A stretch of DNA of 63,017 nt, filler included, from Aduncisulcus paluster (taxonomy: Eukaryota): NCBI GenBank assembly GCA_024181965.1. It is 6 parts of 6 records of this genome, joined end to end, with 100 filler letters (N's around TTAATTAATTAA, not from the genome) between each part and the next. Parts side by side here need not be neighbours in the genome. Positions count along the whole stretch, not along the records: positions 1 to 31,429 come from BQXS01012418.1; positions 31,530 to 41,630 come from BQXS01012420.1; 4 more parts are not named here. One strand, given 5' to 3'. Both the position numbers and the translations under genes were made by a program. Below are positions 21,132 to 34,897 of the stretch, piece after piece. The notes under the pieces are model-generated. The model saw only the letters and a program-made list of their open reading frames with translations. It was not told the origin of the DNA and made no database searches. Each line of letters opens with the position of its first letter. The stretch's first letter is position 1.

Positions 21132-24100
21132 ATGGACCAAATTATTTTAAAAATAGCTACTTTGCTTCACATAAGTGCTAGTGAAGCTCGTATTCAATGT
21201 ACTATACCCCCTAATACTCATATACTCTCTTCTTTCATCACTAACGAGAAAGAAAATAGATTAATAGCTTTGCTTGACAAAGAAAGAAGATCAATCATAC
21301 TATCTCACTTTATACCATATGAAGATGACAATATCATTACTGCATACATTATAAAACCTACTCCATCTGTTATCTCATCGGAAAAGGATGTACAAGGATT
21401 ATTATGTGGGAGAATTGCCTGGAACACGGTAGAAACACTTCATCAAACTGTTTCTGACGTGTTTTGGCCATTAAATATTGCTCCAGCTACATTTGAAACA
21501 GATATGGGACCAATCCTTGCGACATCCCTGCGTCGATTCATTTCCTGCCTTGATGAATTGCAAACTAGTATTTCAGGTATTCCTCTTCTCACTATTCCCG
21601 ATATTAGTCGTCTTAAGACTCACAAAGGCAAACAAATCAACCCTCCCGCGAGTGTGCAATCATCTGTTGACAGTTTCTCCACTGCTTCCGCTGCTCGTTT
21701 ACAGCAAATTGGAAAAGGAAAACATTTCCCTTCAAAGTTCTCGTTATCATTCGAAGGGGGAACGGAAGACAAAGAGTATTCAAAGGATAATGAAATAGCA
21801 GATGAAAGTCTCGATTTTTCTGGGAACCAAAAGCTTGCAATTCCAAAGAAAAGTTCATATTTATCGCCATTTCCATCCAAAATTAAACGTTCCCCATCTC
21901 TTCCTCCCCTCTCCATGCGGGGAGGAAACCTCCAAGACCAGAAAGGGGACCAAGAAAAAGAACATGTCCGTCCATTATCGGCAAAAGCATCCCGCTCTGA
22001 GAGTGCCACCTTCCCATATTCACATCCAACGACTACTGAAAGTGACGATAGACGTGGAAGTGTTGCCAATCTCGAAGGTGCGATCCCTGTCTCTCTTGGA
22101 TTCAACCTATCTCCAGCACCATCATCGTTGGAACTTGACCATCGTGCTTCCAGCTCAGATGCCATTGATCGGAGGAGCCTGCACAAGAAGATTATCATGA
22201 ACGAGAAGAAAGGCATCACATTCCCCTCCGCCTCTACTTCGAATGCACCCCTCGATGGTTCACCCACAACTTCCACGATTGGATCCACGAGTGAGAAGAT
22301 ATCTCTTCTGCATCGCCCTTCAATGGTAGTGCAGCAGCAGCAACAACAGCAGCATCAACAGCAACTTATGCAGAGCCACATTGCCAAAGTCAGATTCCTT
22401 GAGAGTTCGCTCTCTGTGTTCATGCATCAGGTGCGTGTGTTGTTGCGAGGTCGTAAGAAGACCAAGAAACGTCATGTTAAATCAGAGGTTGACACTGCAC
22501 ATGATGACTCCGATGATGATGAGGAGAAAGTCAGCGTTTACGAACGGTTGATTGCTAACAAACCCATTAGGCACAATAGAGGTGGAATAGATACTGCCAT
22601 GCTGACTGTGGGTTCTGTTTCATATTCATCCGTTAAACGTTCCTCAATTATCAAGAAAATGCCAGCTTCTTCGTATATCAGTGGCGATATTAATGTTATT
22701 ATACCCAAAACAGGTGAGAAAGTCACCAGCGTTATGATGAGTGGAGATGAGGTTGTTGTCAAAACAAATCTCACAAAAAGTGTATCCAAGCAAGAAGCCG
22801 AGGAGAAAAAATCGAATCGTACCTCTTCTTTCCTGAAGAAATCCACATCCTCCGCCCATGCCGATGAGGAAGGATGGGGTGGTAGTTCCATGGCGCCTGG
22901 GCATGGACAGGCAAGTGGGAGTGCTCTTCACGTTCCACATACTGATACATCCTCGCCTGGCCAGCTTCCTCCAACTCATCGTCGTACAATATCATCATCA
23001 TCTGTGTTATCCACTTCCTCAGCATACCCTTCTTCCTTGTCTTCCCTAACTATATTCTCTCCTCTGGGCATTTCTGGTCTTATATCTGAGCACACCCAAC
23101 GATGCACAGCTCTCCAAATGGTGCAGGAGCAACTTCTATCCACCCCTTTCCAGTCTCTCATTGCCTATCTACAGAGTGTGGGTTCATCCATGTGCCAATC
23201 CTTCTACAAGATCATTCAAGAGGTGGAAGATACACTCACTGAGTTGACAATGCTTGTGAAGATCTTACAGCTCTGTTACGAGGGCATTGAAAGAGTATGT
23301 ACCAGTTTATGTAATAACATGCGTCGAAATGATCGTGAACGTGAAGAGTGGAAGGAAGGAAAGGGAGATAATGGGCCGAAGACCGAATCTGAGAAACCTG
23401 AGCAGAAATCAACACAATCTAATGCTGATTCCAAGGGGAAAAGAAAAGAGGATCAAATGAAGGTTGACGATTTAGACACCTTTTCTAACAAAAAATCCGG
23501 TGCCAGGACAGAATCATCCCACACTGGTTCTCCTTCATCCTCCACAACCTCTCCTTCTTCTCAAGTACCACCCATTGACAACACTCCTCTTCTTTCCAGT
23601 CGCATCCCCCCTCACTATTCCCTTGGGCTCCCACCCTCTCTCTTGTTCTCTCTCCCACTCTCGAACGACAGCGTGAACGAATCCCTCTACGCCNNNNNNN
23701 NNNNNNNNNNNNNATCAAATGAAGGTTGACGATTTAGACACCTTTTCTAACAAAAAATCCGGTGCCAGGACAGAATCATCCCACACTGGTTCTCCTTCAT
23801 CCTCCACAACCTCTCCTTCTTCTCAAGTACCACCCATTGACAACACTCCTCTTCTTTCCAGTCGCATCCCCCCTCACTATTCCCTTGGGCTCCCACCCTC
23901 TCTCTTGTTCTCTCTCCCACTCTCGAACGACAGCGTGAACGAATCCCTCTACGCCTTGTTCATGTTTATTAAAAACGCCTGGATTCGTCTCCCATCAATC
24001 TTTTCCACCCTTCGTTTCAGCAGGATCATAAGTTCTGTGTTCACAGATATTGTCAATATCGGGAAAGTGTACATTGGCGTTGATGCTGGTCTCTTCACTG

Positions 24101-27100
24101 ATCCCACGGCCTATCTTAGACGTCTCAGGGAGAGCGTATTGTTCGTTAGCAATGCAAAGAGCTTATTCCAACGCGTGAAGGATTCTCTTGCTCATGATAA
24201 TCCAGCCAGACAATGGACTCTGAGCAGTGGACTATTATTTAGTTCTCTTGACGCCTTCATTGACCGGTGTCTTGACTTGAAGGAAGCAGCGGAAACAATA
24301 TGCTCATACTCTTTGTTCAACGCATCATGGTCATCCCTTGCACATAAGCGAATGGGAACTGGCTCCCATGGATCTGATATGCGATCTCCGAAGCATGATT
24401 CTGACGTATCTTCACATCTCTTGTCGGATATTCTTGGAGTTCTCTCCTTGTCACTTGAAGGAAGTGTGCAGAAATTGAATGGTTGCATTCCTATTCTGAG
24501 GGAAAAAGTGCGTGAAAAGGCCCAGAGTGTTATTAAGGAAGTCTGGAAGTTACATATTAGTAGCGAGGCCGTGAAACTCAAGGATAAAGACAAATCTCAG
24601 AAAGAAGGTGAATCTGATGGGACCAAAACATCCGAAGCCATTGATAAGTCGACAGTTTTGATGCCTCAATCGGATCCCTCTGCCCAATCTCATTCTATCT
24701 CCTCATCTTCATCTGTGTCGAGTAGTTCTTATGAATGTACGAAACAAATTACATCCCTTTTTGACTGCCTTTTGCTTCCACCTTCCCTCTTGTACTCTTT
24801 GAAAAATAGCAATACTAACCATATTTTCTCAGACACTCCACCTGTGAGCATGCTATTATATTCTATTGCAAAGAGCAAACGTGTTGTCTTTCGGTATGAG
24901 CTTGAACAACAAATGGTTGTCCCCCCCTCTATATCTGTTAATACTCTTGACGGTAAGACTACAAACATTAGCCTTCTCAATCCAAATATTCTTCAAACAT
25001 CCCCATCCGGTGCATCCAGGGACCACTCTCTTGATCCCAGTCTTGGTCAAACTCATACTTTTTCTGATATGTTTAATAATGTCGATAGTTACACGACTTT
25101 GTTACTTTCCCTTTCTAACAATGACGATCTCTGGCTCGACAAGGCCCTTCATCTATTNNNNNNNNNNNNNNNNNNNNACTACAAACATTAGCCTTCTCAA
25201 TCCAAATATTCTTCAAACATCCCCATCCGGTGCATCCAGGGACCACTCTCTTGATCCCAGTCTTGGTCAAACTCATACTTTTTCTGATATGTTTAATAAT
25301 GTCGATAGTTACACGACTTTGTTACTTTCCCTTTCTAACAATGACGATCTCTGGCTCGACAAGGCCCTTCATCTATTTAGAGAGCACACACAAAAGTATG
25401 AACGGGAAATGGTTGCCAATTTCAAACCTATTCTTTTCGTCCCTTCGTTGTATGATATTGCAGGGTTTCCTGAACCTTCTTCCCAAGAGAATAGTCAAAG
25501 CCATTCCCGTAGTAATTCATTTATTGAGCACGACAAGAGCACTGGTCTGTTGGCCCTTACTTTGCCAAACTCTGTTGCTCAAAAATACTCCCAGCCCGAG
25601 AAATCTACGCGTCTTCTCTCTTCTGATGAAAATGAAAAGATCAGTGGTGATGTTGAAGCCATCTCTGAGATGTCCTTTGAACTTCTCACCCATCTCAACA
25701 CAAATCCAAGACACTCAACCTTCCATAGATTGACCAGTCAGAAGGTCGATATTATCGAGACCCTGAAAGCCTTCTCATTCCTTCATAGTTTCATGCACCG
25801 TCCACTGGTCACTGATGCCCTTTTGCCCAATTTCGAGCACATTATGAGACTGTATGAAAATGAACTTCGTGCCATCAAGGAGACAACCACACAGTTTCCT
25901 TCGCCCACAGCCTACCCACATCAAGCCCCAACGCTTATCACAATGTGTGAACACCTCTTGTTGCGTTGTGATATACCAGCAAGACTCTGTGGTTTGATTG
26001 GTGGTGAGTATTGTAGGACGACAACCACAAGAAATATTACTGTTTTGCACATCCAAGTTCGAAACAAACTTCTGAAACTGCGTTCACAAATAGCATCTGC
26101 AGCCATAAAATGGATCCAGTGTCTCTGCGAAGATGTTCGTCGAAAGCTAAATGAATCTGTTGTATCGCTTGCTTTTAATTCTGATCCCGAGACTCCATCA
26201 TGTTCTTGTGCCAACAATGCCACCCCTAAGGAAGAGAATGATTTTGAAATGCCCAAATCTTTGACTCATCATCATACCCCCCCAGCTTTTCCAACATTAG
26301 ATTCCCCAACTGCTGGTTCTGTTGGTTCTTCTCCCATAACTGGTGGTGATATTAAAGGAATCATTGGTGAAATCACCCCTCGAAGTAGTGGGAGAAGAGA
26401 TGAAAGAAACCTTGTTCTCTTGTCTCCGAACTTGACTGATAGTGATGTGAGTGAACCTCTGGAGAAGCCTGAGGGATTTGGTTCTGGGAGATCGAATTCT
26501 GGCAAGCCTGGATCATCGAGAGGGGAGGCCACAAGTAGTCGAGGAGAACATACCAGTGGGCGAGGGAATGATAGTGATTTGTGTATGAGTGTTCCCACAG
26601 ATGACATGGATAGGTTTGTGGATTCTAAGGTCACGAGACTTAACCCCACATTTTCTTCCGATGAGACCAAGCTCTCATTCCCAAGGACAGACTCAGAAGA
26701 TAGTAAGACCGCCAACAGTGTGGAAGAAGTTGTGTCTCTGTCAATCAATATTGATAAAATCAAAGATCAAGAGAAAATGGAACAAGCTGCAAAACTCCAA
26801 AAAATTGAGGAAATTCAAAGCCAAGGACAACTATTTCTTGAGAAAACAACCAAAGTTCCAGCCTTGCCTTTGCTAAATATTATTGATGTTACTGTTATTC
26901 TCCAGCTCCTCCATGTTGTCGATTTCTTTGTTAAACGCAGGGAACAAGAGAAATGCATCTTTGGTGACAATGTTTATGCTTATAGATCTCACCTCGAATC
27001 GCATTCTAGGAGTTGGACATCCTCAAGATCTGGAGCCACATCATTCTTGTCTGCCAGGTTATCTGGCCGTTCTTCCTCTAAAAGGGATGAATCATCGAGG

Positions 27101-30100
27101 AAGAAAACCAAAAGGAACCCAGAAATCTACAATCCTTCTACTCTTCCTGTCTATGTTGCTGCTCTTAACTTTGTGAAGACTACAGCCACAAACAATGCTA
27201 TCTTCTGTCCTCCAACGAATACTTATGATGCCACTGTTATGCAATTCCTTCTCCAACATACTAATCTCAACCAAGCCGATGGACTCATATTTCTTCCTCC
27301 CCTTGGTCTCACTGTGTCCAACGATGCTTTGGAATTGATCGAAGTTATCGATGAACTTGATTTTGTGACCCATAATGTTGAGTTACATCAGTTAATATCA
27401 TCATATGAGACTGTGAGAGCTCTCTCGGCATCTGCTGTTTGTTCATGTGTCATGAATACCACTCTCAAGCAGCTTCGTGCTGCGATCATGAAGCTTATGA
27501 ATAACAATATTGGGATCCCTCCTTTCTCAAATGTTAAAGAAGTCCGTAGATTTATTTCCTCCCTTTCTTTCGTTCTTACTTCAACTGTTCAAGCAGCCAC
27601 ATCCTTATCAACCGTTACAGCTGTCACACACGATAAAGTATGTGAATGGACTCTCGATACAGTTATTGGAGATGACTACGAACCTGGAGAACATGATGAA
27701 TTGAACTTTGGCCATACCGTTCGACGGGGTCGAAGTGCAAGAGGTACGACTGCGGGCAGGAGTGCCAGACTCCTTGATAAGGATGAAGTGAAGGATAACA
27801 TTGCAAATGCTCTACATAGTGATGCCGATTTGAGGTCATTAGGTCTGTTTGATATTGTTGAGGAAGAGGAAGGCGACCGTGCAACCAGTAGAAAACCCCC
27901 CAGTCCATCCCTCGAAGGGCCCAAAGACCAAGAAACTGAGAAGAAAAGTATTATTATCGCCTCAATCCAAGAAGATCTCTGTGATATTTCTTCTGAGGAT
28001 GATCAAGCCGGTCAGCTTGAAGAAACCCAGGACAAATATTCCCTTTTGGATTATTATAACACACATAACTGCTATTCGTCTCATCTTTCACCTTATCTCG
28101 CATCCTTGAACAATTTCTTATCTCCTGTGTTGTGCAAACAATTGAAAACTGAAGAAGAAGAGCGAGGAAAGAAACAATCACCATCGAATCTTGATGGGCA
28201 AATATCTGAAAAACCTCGACTTTCGCTGCCTCCATTCACTTCTAAAGTGAGATCACAGTCAGGAAAGAGTTCTCAGAGTCAACGTAGTGATTATTCTATC
28301 CTCCCTCTTCCTACCACTTTTTCTTTGCCCATTTCGAAAGCATTGATGTTATGTATCCCTCCAGCACCTTCACTTTTATCAAAAATATTACCCCCCCATG
28401 GGACAACGTTAACCTTTTCATCCCTTTATTCATTATTTTATGACATTCGTACAAACATATCGGTCTGTGTTTGGAAACAAGTTGAGGAGATCCTTCCAAA
28501 GCTTGATGATCTCTCAACAATCTTACTGTTGCCTCGTCAAAGTTCATTATGGAAGCGTTTTGTCTCCTCTGTGTGTCAATGTCTTGCTTCAGGTCTTGCA
28601 GATGTGTCCATTGGAATGCTTGTCTGGTTGAACAAGCAATTGAGTTCATCCCTTTCACATAAACTCGCTCAACAACCATTATTATTTATTGAATTGAAAC
28701 ATAAATCAAGTGCCGATTTTGTACCAAATATTGGAAATGTCACTGATGAACCTGCGACAAAGGGTCTTCCATTCTTTGGTAAAAGTAGTGCTAAAAAGAG
28801 TGGCTCCACCCAAGATGCCTGTTCTATTCTGGAATATGCTGTTAAATTGCTCTATCTTGAAGGTCTTGAGATGTATGTTGACGTGAAAGAAGTCGAAAAG
28901 CAGATGAAGAAACAACGTCAAAAGGAACAAAAAGAGACACAAGAGTTTCTTCGCAGAGAGAAAGAGAATAGAGCCCGTGAAGGCAATGACGATGCAGGTG
29001 CCATCGTGAAGAACCTCTCCCTTCCTCCCCTTCCTCATGAACCAATGAAACGGACGGAAACCGGTGACATGGATCCCAGTGTTACTTCCCATTCCCATGA
29101 TCTCATTGCTTCCGTCAGTCAGTTGAATGAGGATGATCCTGCCCCCATGCAACGTCAAGCATCCTCCTTGCTTCAGACCTCCTCTGTGAGAAAAGCTAGA
29201 CTTCAGAAGCTCAAACGTAACTTTGCACACCCTCAGCAACACATGACCCTCTGGTCCTTGATGCTAGGTTTTGTCTATGATTGTGTTACCCTTCCTTTCC
29301 AAGCTTCTGCTCTCTACCTCTCTTCTTGCCCTCCAAGTGAGAGTGTGGACACCATGATCAAACAAGCACGTGTGATGAGAAAGAAGATGAGGCGTCGCAA
29401 GGAACGGGAAGAGAAGGAAGGCGTTGCCGTGACCATTGTCCAGCAAGAGCATCAGATGCGCTCTGATGTCCATGAACCAAGCTCTACTGGAACTATGTCC
29501 ACAATGGAACAGAATCCGAATGAAGAGGGACCAATGTCTTCAAGCCATCTCCAACCTACGCCCAAATCTACATCCGGAAGGGAGCGGAGTGCGTCAAGTC
29601 AAGGACCACACTACGAACTCTCCTCCTCATCTCTTCCATCCCCTGTCCCACCCTCAGAGTTCTTTGAAACCATCAGTGAAAGCAGCAGTAAGAATATCCA
29701 TGGGAGCAAATCGACTGGAAACATTACGATATATCCTCCTCCTCCAACGACTNNNNNNNNNNNNNNNNNNNNGAACAGAATCCGAATGAAGAGGGACCAA
29801 TGTCTTCAAGCCATCTCCAACCTACGCCCAAATCTACATCCGGAAGGGAGCGGAGTGCGTCAAGTCAAGGACCACACTACGAACTCTCCTCCTCATCTCT
29901 TCCATCCCCTGTCCCACCCTCAGAGTTCTTTGAAACCATCAGTGAAAGCAGCAGTAAGAATATCCATGGGAGCAAATCGACTGGAAACATTACGATATAT
30001 CCTCCTCCTCCAACGACTACTTTCTCTTCTGCCCATCTCTATCTCTTGTTCCATTTGCCTTTGCTTGTGTCTTCCTTTTTGGCTGCATTGGATGCAACAG

Positions 30101-31429
30101 TGCCTTCATCAAATTCTCTAAATGTTCTCACTGTTGAAGAGGTGAGTGGAGGTGTGTCAGCTCGAGGAAGCTCACGAAAACGTTGGACCGAGCGAGGTGG
30201 TCTCGATGGATCTGAATCAATCCCTTTCCATGAAAGCGATGAACAATCAGAGTTCAACGAGAATGATTCTGGAACTGTCGTTGGATTTGGTGGTGTTGGT
30301 TTCCCCACTTTCCATCCATCCTCCTCGACATCTATAGCTACTCTTTCGGCCATTGTCTCCTCCATCTTGCCATCTTCAATCCCTCTGTCTATCGTACATC
30401 CCTTGTTAGTGTCTTCCCCTGCTGTGTCTGTTCTCTTGCGTTCAATCTTTTTTGAATTACATCTGTCGTTCTACAAGTGCGAACAATGCCTAATTCCTTT
30501 CAGGCACTTGGTTGTACGTTGGCTCACAGGATTCCAGGCCTTGTTGCCTCGTCGTGAGCGTAGATTATTAATGGGAGTACGTCTAAACCCCAATCCATCC
30601 CAAGGTGGTGGTGGTCTTGCTCTCGTCAAGTCACAAAGCAATGTAACTCCACAGAGCTCAACTGAAAACAGACTTGTTAGATCCTCCCGATTTGGCAAAC
30701 CTTCAAGTTCTTCCTCATCTGTGTCTACTCCCGATCACTCCTCTTCCTTCCTCTCTCCCTCTTTCTTCGAGTCTATTTCTGTCTATGTGGATATGCTCAA
30801 CGATGAACAGAGACAGTCACTCGCAGGGAGGGGATCTGTGTCTTTTGAAGACATGGTCAAGAAGGAGAAGAGGCAATATGGCGCCAATATAAAGCCCAAG
30901 AAACAGAAAAGAAGCAGATTAGCCCGTACCTCACATAGTGCAGATGAGGAAGAAGAGGACGAATTTGACTTTGATGAAGACTTTGCAGAATACGAGGAAG
31001 AGGAAGAGGAAGAAGAAGAGGAAGAGGAAGAAGAGGAAGAAGAAGAGGATGGATCTTGTGAGTTGTTATCTGTTGCTAAGACAATATTCGATCCCAGAAT
31101 CCTGGAAGAAGGCGTTGCCGAGTCATACTTCCCGACTAACGATCCCACTGTTGGTATTCCAGCTGAAAAGAAAGCCAGGAATGATCTCAAAGCCTTTTCA
31201 TCTCTTCCATCTCCTTCGCGACTCCTTGATATCTCTCTCGATCCCATGAGGAATGTTATGGATGGTTTGAGAAAAGTTGATGACGAGAAGAGGTGTGGAG
31301 CCCTCGTTGTGAAGTTAATAGGTGCCAAATTCTCCCTATCAAGTGCTGTGAAGCATAGTACAGCTGTTACAAGACAACCAATCACTCACATTGCTTTGAA
31401 ATGGATTATAAAATGTATAAATGTGATTA
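21132..31429 (+). CDS. Axonemal dynein heavy chain N-terminal tail (DHC_N1, DNAH2/I1-beta-like), heavily expanded, 3'-truncated by contig end
   Basis: One ORF of ~3180 codons after collapsing three gap duplications (offsets 262, 220, 266). Collinear DHC tail motifs: LHQTVSDVFWPL, LRRFISCLDELQTSISGIPLLTIP, FLESSLSVFMHQVRVLL, QRCTALQMVQEQL, WTLSSGLLFSSLDAFIDRCLDLKE. No AAA Walker motif is reached. Confidence 0.75.
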
Positions 31430-31529
31430 NNNNNNNNNNNNNNNNNNNNNNNNNNNNNNNNNNNNNNNNNNNNTTAATTAATTAANNNNNNNNNNNNNNN
31501 NNNNNNNNNNNNNNNNNNNNNNNNNNNNN
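31430..31529. other. Artificial contig linker (N..TTAATTAATTAA..N); same at 41631-41730, 48459-48558, 53266-53365, 57670-57769
   Basis: Identical 100-nt N spacers carry a six-frame stop cassette, and flanking genes are cut mid-frame. Confidence 0.97.
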
Positions 31530-32746
31530 TACTCTGGGGGACCCAAAAGGACAGATTCTCTCGCTTTGAACTTGCGTTCCTCGATGTCTATGTTTATCAA
31601 AGCAACTAATTTCTGATGAAAGGCATCTTTAGACGTAATAATGCTCTCAAACTGGAATGGAGTGAGTCCCAATTCTTCCATTAATGTAAAAATACCTGAG
31701 TTGAAGGTAATGGAAATATCTCCGATTGAGGTTTGGTCAGATCCAGAATCAGCATATAATGATGGTTCCTTCCTACTTTCATGCATGATCATGCCACTAT
31801 CTTTAATTGAATCAGAAGAATGAAGAGAAGAATGGGTGGGGTTTGATTTCACATCATCTTCAAGGTGCAAAGAAGAAGGGGAAGAGATAAGGATGGAAGC
31901 AGAATCGTATTGTTCAATCAATTCCTTTGTTTGGGTGATTTTCATGGCTTCAAGACTGCATGGACGAGGGAGAACAAATATAGAATTTTGATGTTGTGAA
32001 TTCTTTACCCTTTGTTGAACGGAAATAGGGAACATAAAATATGATTTTAGCCAAAGAAGCGCCTCAGAGGATAAAAATATATCGTTTGCAGAGAATGACA
32101 TCAATCCTGAACCACATTCAACCGCACAAACTTGTGCTTGATAAAGAAGTAGCAAGAAACAACCAACAGTTCCGAGAGTTATCTTTGAAATTTCATTATT
32201 AATCCTCCAAGAAGCAATGAGGTCAACAAGACGTCCTCCACCGGGATATGAAACAGAAAATGGCGACAAAGCAGGGAGGAAAGGAGATTGTCGCAAAACA
32301 GAGGAAGGAACCGGTAAAACACCTTCGAGTTTAAGGCAAAATTTGTTTTTATCCCACACAAGAACTTCATGAGCAAAAGAAATAACAGAAACATTTGTCA
32401 TGGGCGGTGAAGAATAAGAACAGGGTGGAAGAGATTTCGATGGAAATAACAATTTTAAAGAGAGATGAGCAACCTTAAGAAGGTTTATATCACGAGTTAA
32501 GAGTTTTCCTGAGCCAGAAATAACCGTTTCTTCAAATTCAGTTCTGCAAACCGGACAAATTGGATTTGCTGCTTTCCACTCTGAAAGACAATCGCAATGA
32601 AATGTATGTCCACATCCCAATTGAAATGAGTCCTTTTCACAAAGTAAACTGTAACAAATTAAACACGTGTTAAAACCAGCTGATGAGAGGGAATTACCTA
32701 GAGCCAGATCAAGAGGAATATCAAGATCTTCATAGATTTTATCCAT
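31530..32746 (-). CDS. RING-H2 zinc-finger protein (putative E3 ubiquitin ligase), 3'-partial
   Basis: CLIC..CGHTFHCDCLSEW..CPVCR is a C3H2C3 RING; the ORF runs into the linker. Confidence 0.88.
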
Positions 32747-33018
32747 ATTATCAGAAAAAATAAAACAAATTATTTTTAAGATATTTTTGAAAGCTTCTTA
32801 TTTCGACCAATACGAGCTCCACAGATTGATTAATGGTTTACGAATAAACTAATAAATTAGGAAATAATATAAATTATGTTTCAGAAAATACAAGGTGTAT
32901 TATATTTATTTACCTCATTATTAATGTTTGAATTTTACGATCTGTAGAGATATTTAGAAAAACATAAATCCACAGAATTAATGAGAATTATAAAGGAGTA
33001 AGAAGGAAATAACTGATT

Positions 33019-34452
33019 TTAAAAGGCACCAAAATCGTCAAAATCTCCAACATCGAAAGAAGCGGGCTTAGGTTGCTTTCCATAAGTGACGGCCTTGGCA
33101 TCAGCTCCAACCATTCCATATCCAACCTCTTGGTCATATCCGCCAGAGGATGGAGGGACATATGGCTGGTGACCCATAGGAGGCTGAGGATGACCCATAG
33201 GAGGCTGAGATTGGTGATGCTGAGGTTGAGGGGGTTGGGGGTGACCCAAGGGAGGTTGTGGCTGTGAAGGAATGACAGGAGCCCCATATCCGATATCATC
33301 AGCACCAATAGCACCATAACCGACACCGCCAGCACCTTGAGAAGGAGGAACAGCTGAGGACACAGGGGGGTGATAAGGAGATCCAGCGGGAGGAGGATGA
33401 TGGACAGGAGCACCATGCATGGGGGCACCATGCATTGGGGCTTCAGGAGCAAGACCAATAGGGTCAGCAATACCCCATCCAGTGACTCTCTTGTCCTTTC
33501 CTCCCCAACATATCATGAGACCAGCATGACGGACATAGAAACATCCGAGATCACCTTTTGTTGAGGTTTGTTTGCGGGATTTCACGGCAGCATGACCACC
33601 ACCAATATCGATAATGGTGGCTTGACCATTGTTTGCAGTGAAAATAAGGTGTTTGGTAAGAGAAGAATTGTCTTCGAAGTCTCCGGTCCAGGCAATGCCT
33701 GTGATCCTTACCTTCTTTCCATGCTTGTTGATTCTACCGATCATCATGGTGTATTTCTCCTCTCCAGCCTTTTTACAATCCCATACGCATACATCTCCGT
33801 TGCTTCCACCAGTGTAAAGGTAACGACCATAATCATCGGCAACCATACACAAAATAGCACCCAAATGACCTTCTTTACCTTGAGAAATGGTATGAGCATA
33901 CTGGAAGTTGGCAGATTTAAGCTCAACGACACGGAAAATGAGGATAGTAGTATCCTTCAAACCAACAAATAATCTATGTTTCTTAACATCAAGGTGGAAG
34001 CATAAAACAGCAGCCTTAGCGATTGGTCCACCAACTAAAAGTCTTGTTGAAAGATTTAAAACACGGATACACTTGTCAAGACCAGAAGACACCACCAAAC
34101 CTTCATGCTCATGGATGAAAAGTTGAGTAACAGCAGATTTATGAGCACTAACCTGACAAGCCAAACGAATACTCGAAGCATTTTCCATGATTGAGAATAA
34201 TTGGACGAAACCAGTATTCAATCCAACGATAAGTTGATTTTGAGCCTTGTAGTAAGCTAAAGCAGTAACACGAGCATGACAATCATGATCATATACCCTA
34301 CCATAACCATAATGGGGAGAACGTCTGTAAAAAATGATTTTGTTATCGGCAGTACCAATAACAATGAGATCAAATTCCTTGATAAAAATACAGCTTAAAA
34401 TATCTTTCTCAGTACCAGAGAGTGTGAACAAATTTGTTGGTGGCTGGAACAT
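33019..34452 (-). CDS. WD40-repeat protein with Pro/His/Gly-rich C-terminal tail
   Basis: AHKSAVTQL..VVSSGLDKCIRV, GHLGAILCM..LYTGGSNGDVCVWD and GGKDKRVTGW repeats. First ATG is at 34452 (MFQPP). Confidence 0.88.
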   Translation of the reverse strand: MFQPPTNLFTLSGTEKDILSCIFIKEFDLIVIGTADNKIIFYRRSPHYGYGRVYDHDCHARVTALAYYKAQNQLIVGLNTGFVQLFSIMENASSIRLACQVSAHKSAVTQLFIHEHEGLVVSSGLDKCIRVLNLSTRLLVGGPIAKAAVLCFHLDVKKHRLFVGLKDTTILIFRVVELKSANFQYAHTISQGKEGHLGAILCMVADDYGRYLYTGGSNGDVCVWDCKKAGEEKYTMMIGRINKHGKKVRITGIAWTGDFEDNSSLTKHLIFTANNGQATIIDIGGGHAAVKSRKQTSTKGDLGCFYVRHAGLMICWGGKDKRVTGWGIADPIGLAPEAPMHGAPMHGAPVHHPPPAGSPYHPPVSSAVPPSQGAGGVGYGAIGADDIGYGAPVIPSQPQPPLGHPQPPQPQHHQSQPPMGHPQPPMGHQPYVPPSSGGYDQEVGYGMVGADAKAVTYGKQPKPASFDVGDFDDFGAF

Positions 34453-34897
34453 AATCCTTGTTACAAAGAAGAGACACTTGTAGAAATTAGGAAGCATCAC
34501 CGGTATACTCGTCTAAAACCGGATGAATTTTCCGGATAAAATGCATTGACTAGGAAAATATACTTGACATTTTTGCGATTTAAAAGCTGGTTACCTTTGA
34601 GATTAAAACCGCATAATAACATTTTAGACGTTCACAACGAAATAATTTTAAAAGGTGCAATATTAACTTTGAAAAACTTTAATAGAGATAATTAATCATC
34701 ATGATATATTTTACTTCAATATCTTGCATATCATTGCTTGATTGAATTCATTTAACGATAGGGAAACTAGAATATACATTTTCTTGCGTATCAAGGGTAT
34801 ATAAGAATTTTTTTACACCTAAAAGTCTCTTAATATCTCACAATAGTTATAATTTTCCCCTTATTATAATAGATTTAATCTGGATAAATACGATAAT

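Noticed and set aside
31474..31485. Recurrent TTAATTAATTAA palindrome as a biological motif, and gene neighbourhoods across it
   Set aside because: It is always centred in 100-nt N blocks, so it is a synthetic six-frame stop linker. Adjacency across linkers is meaningless.
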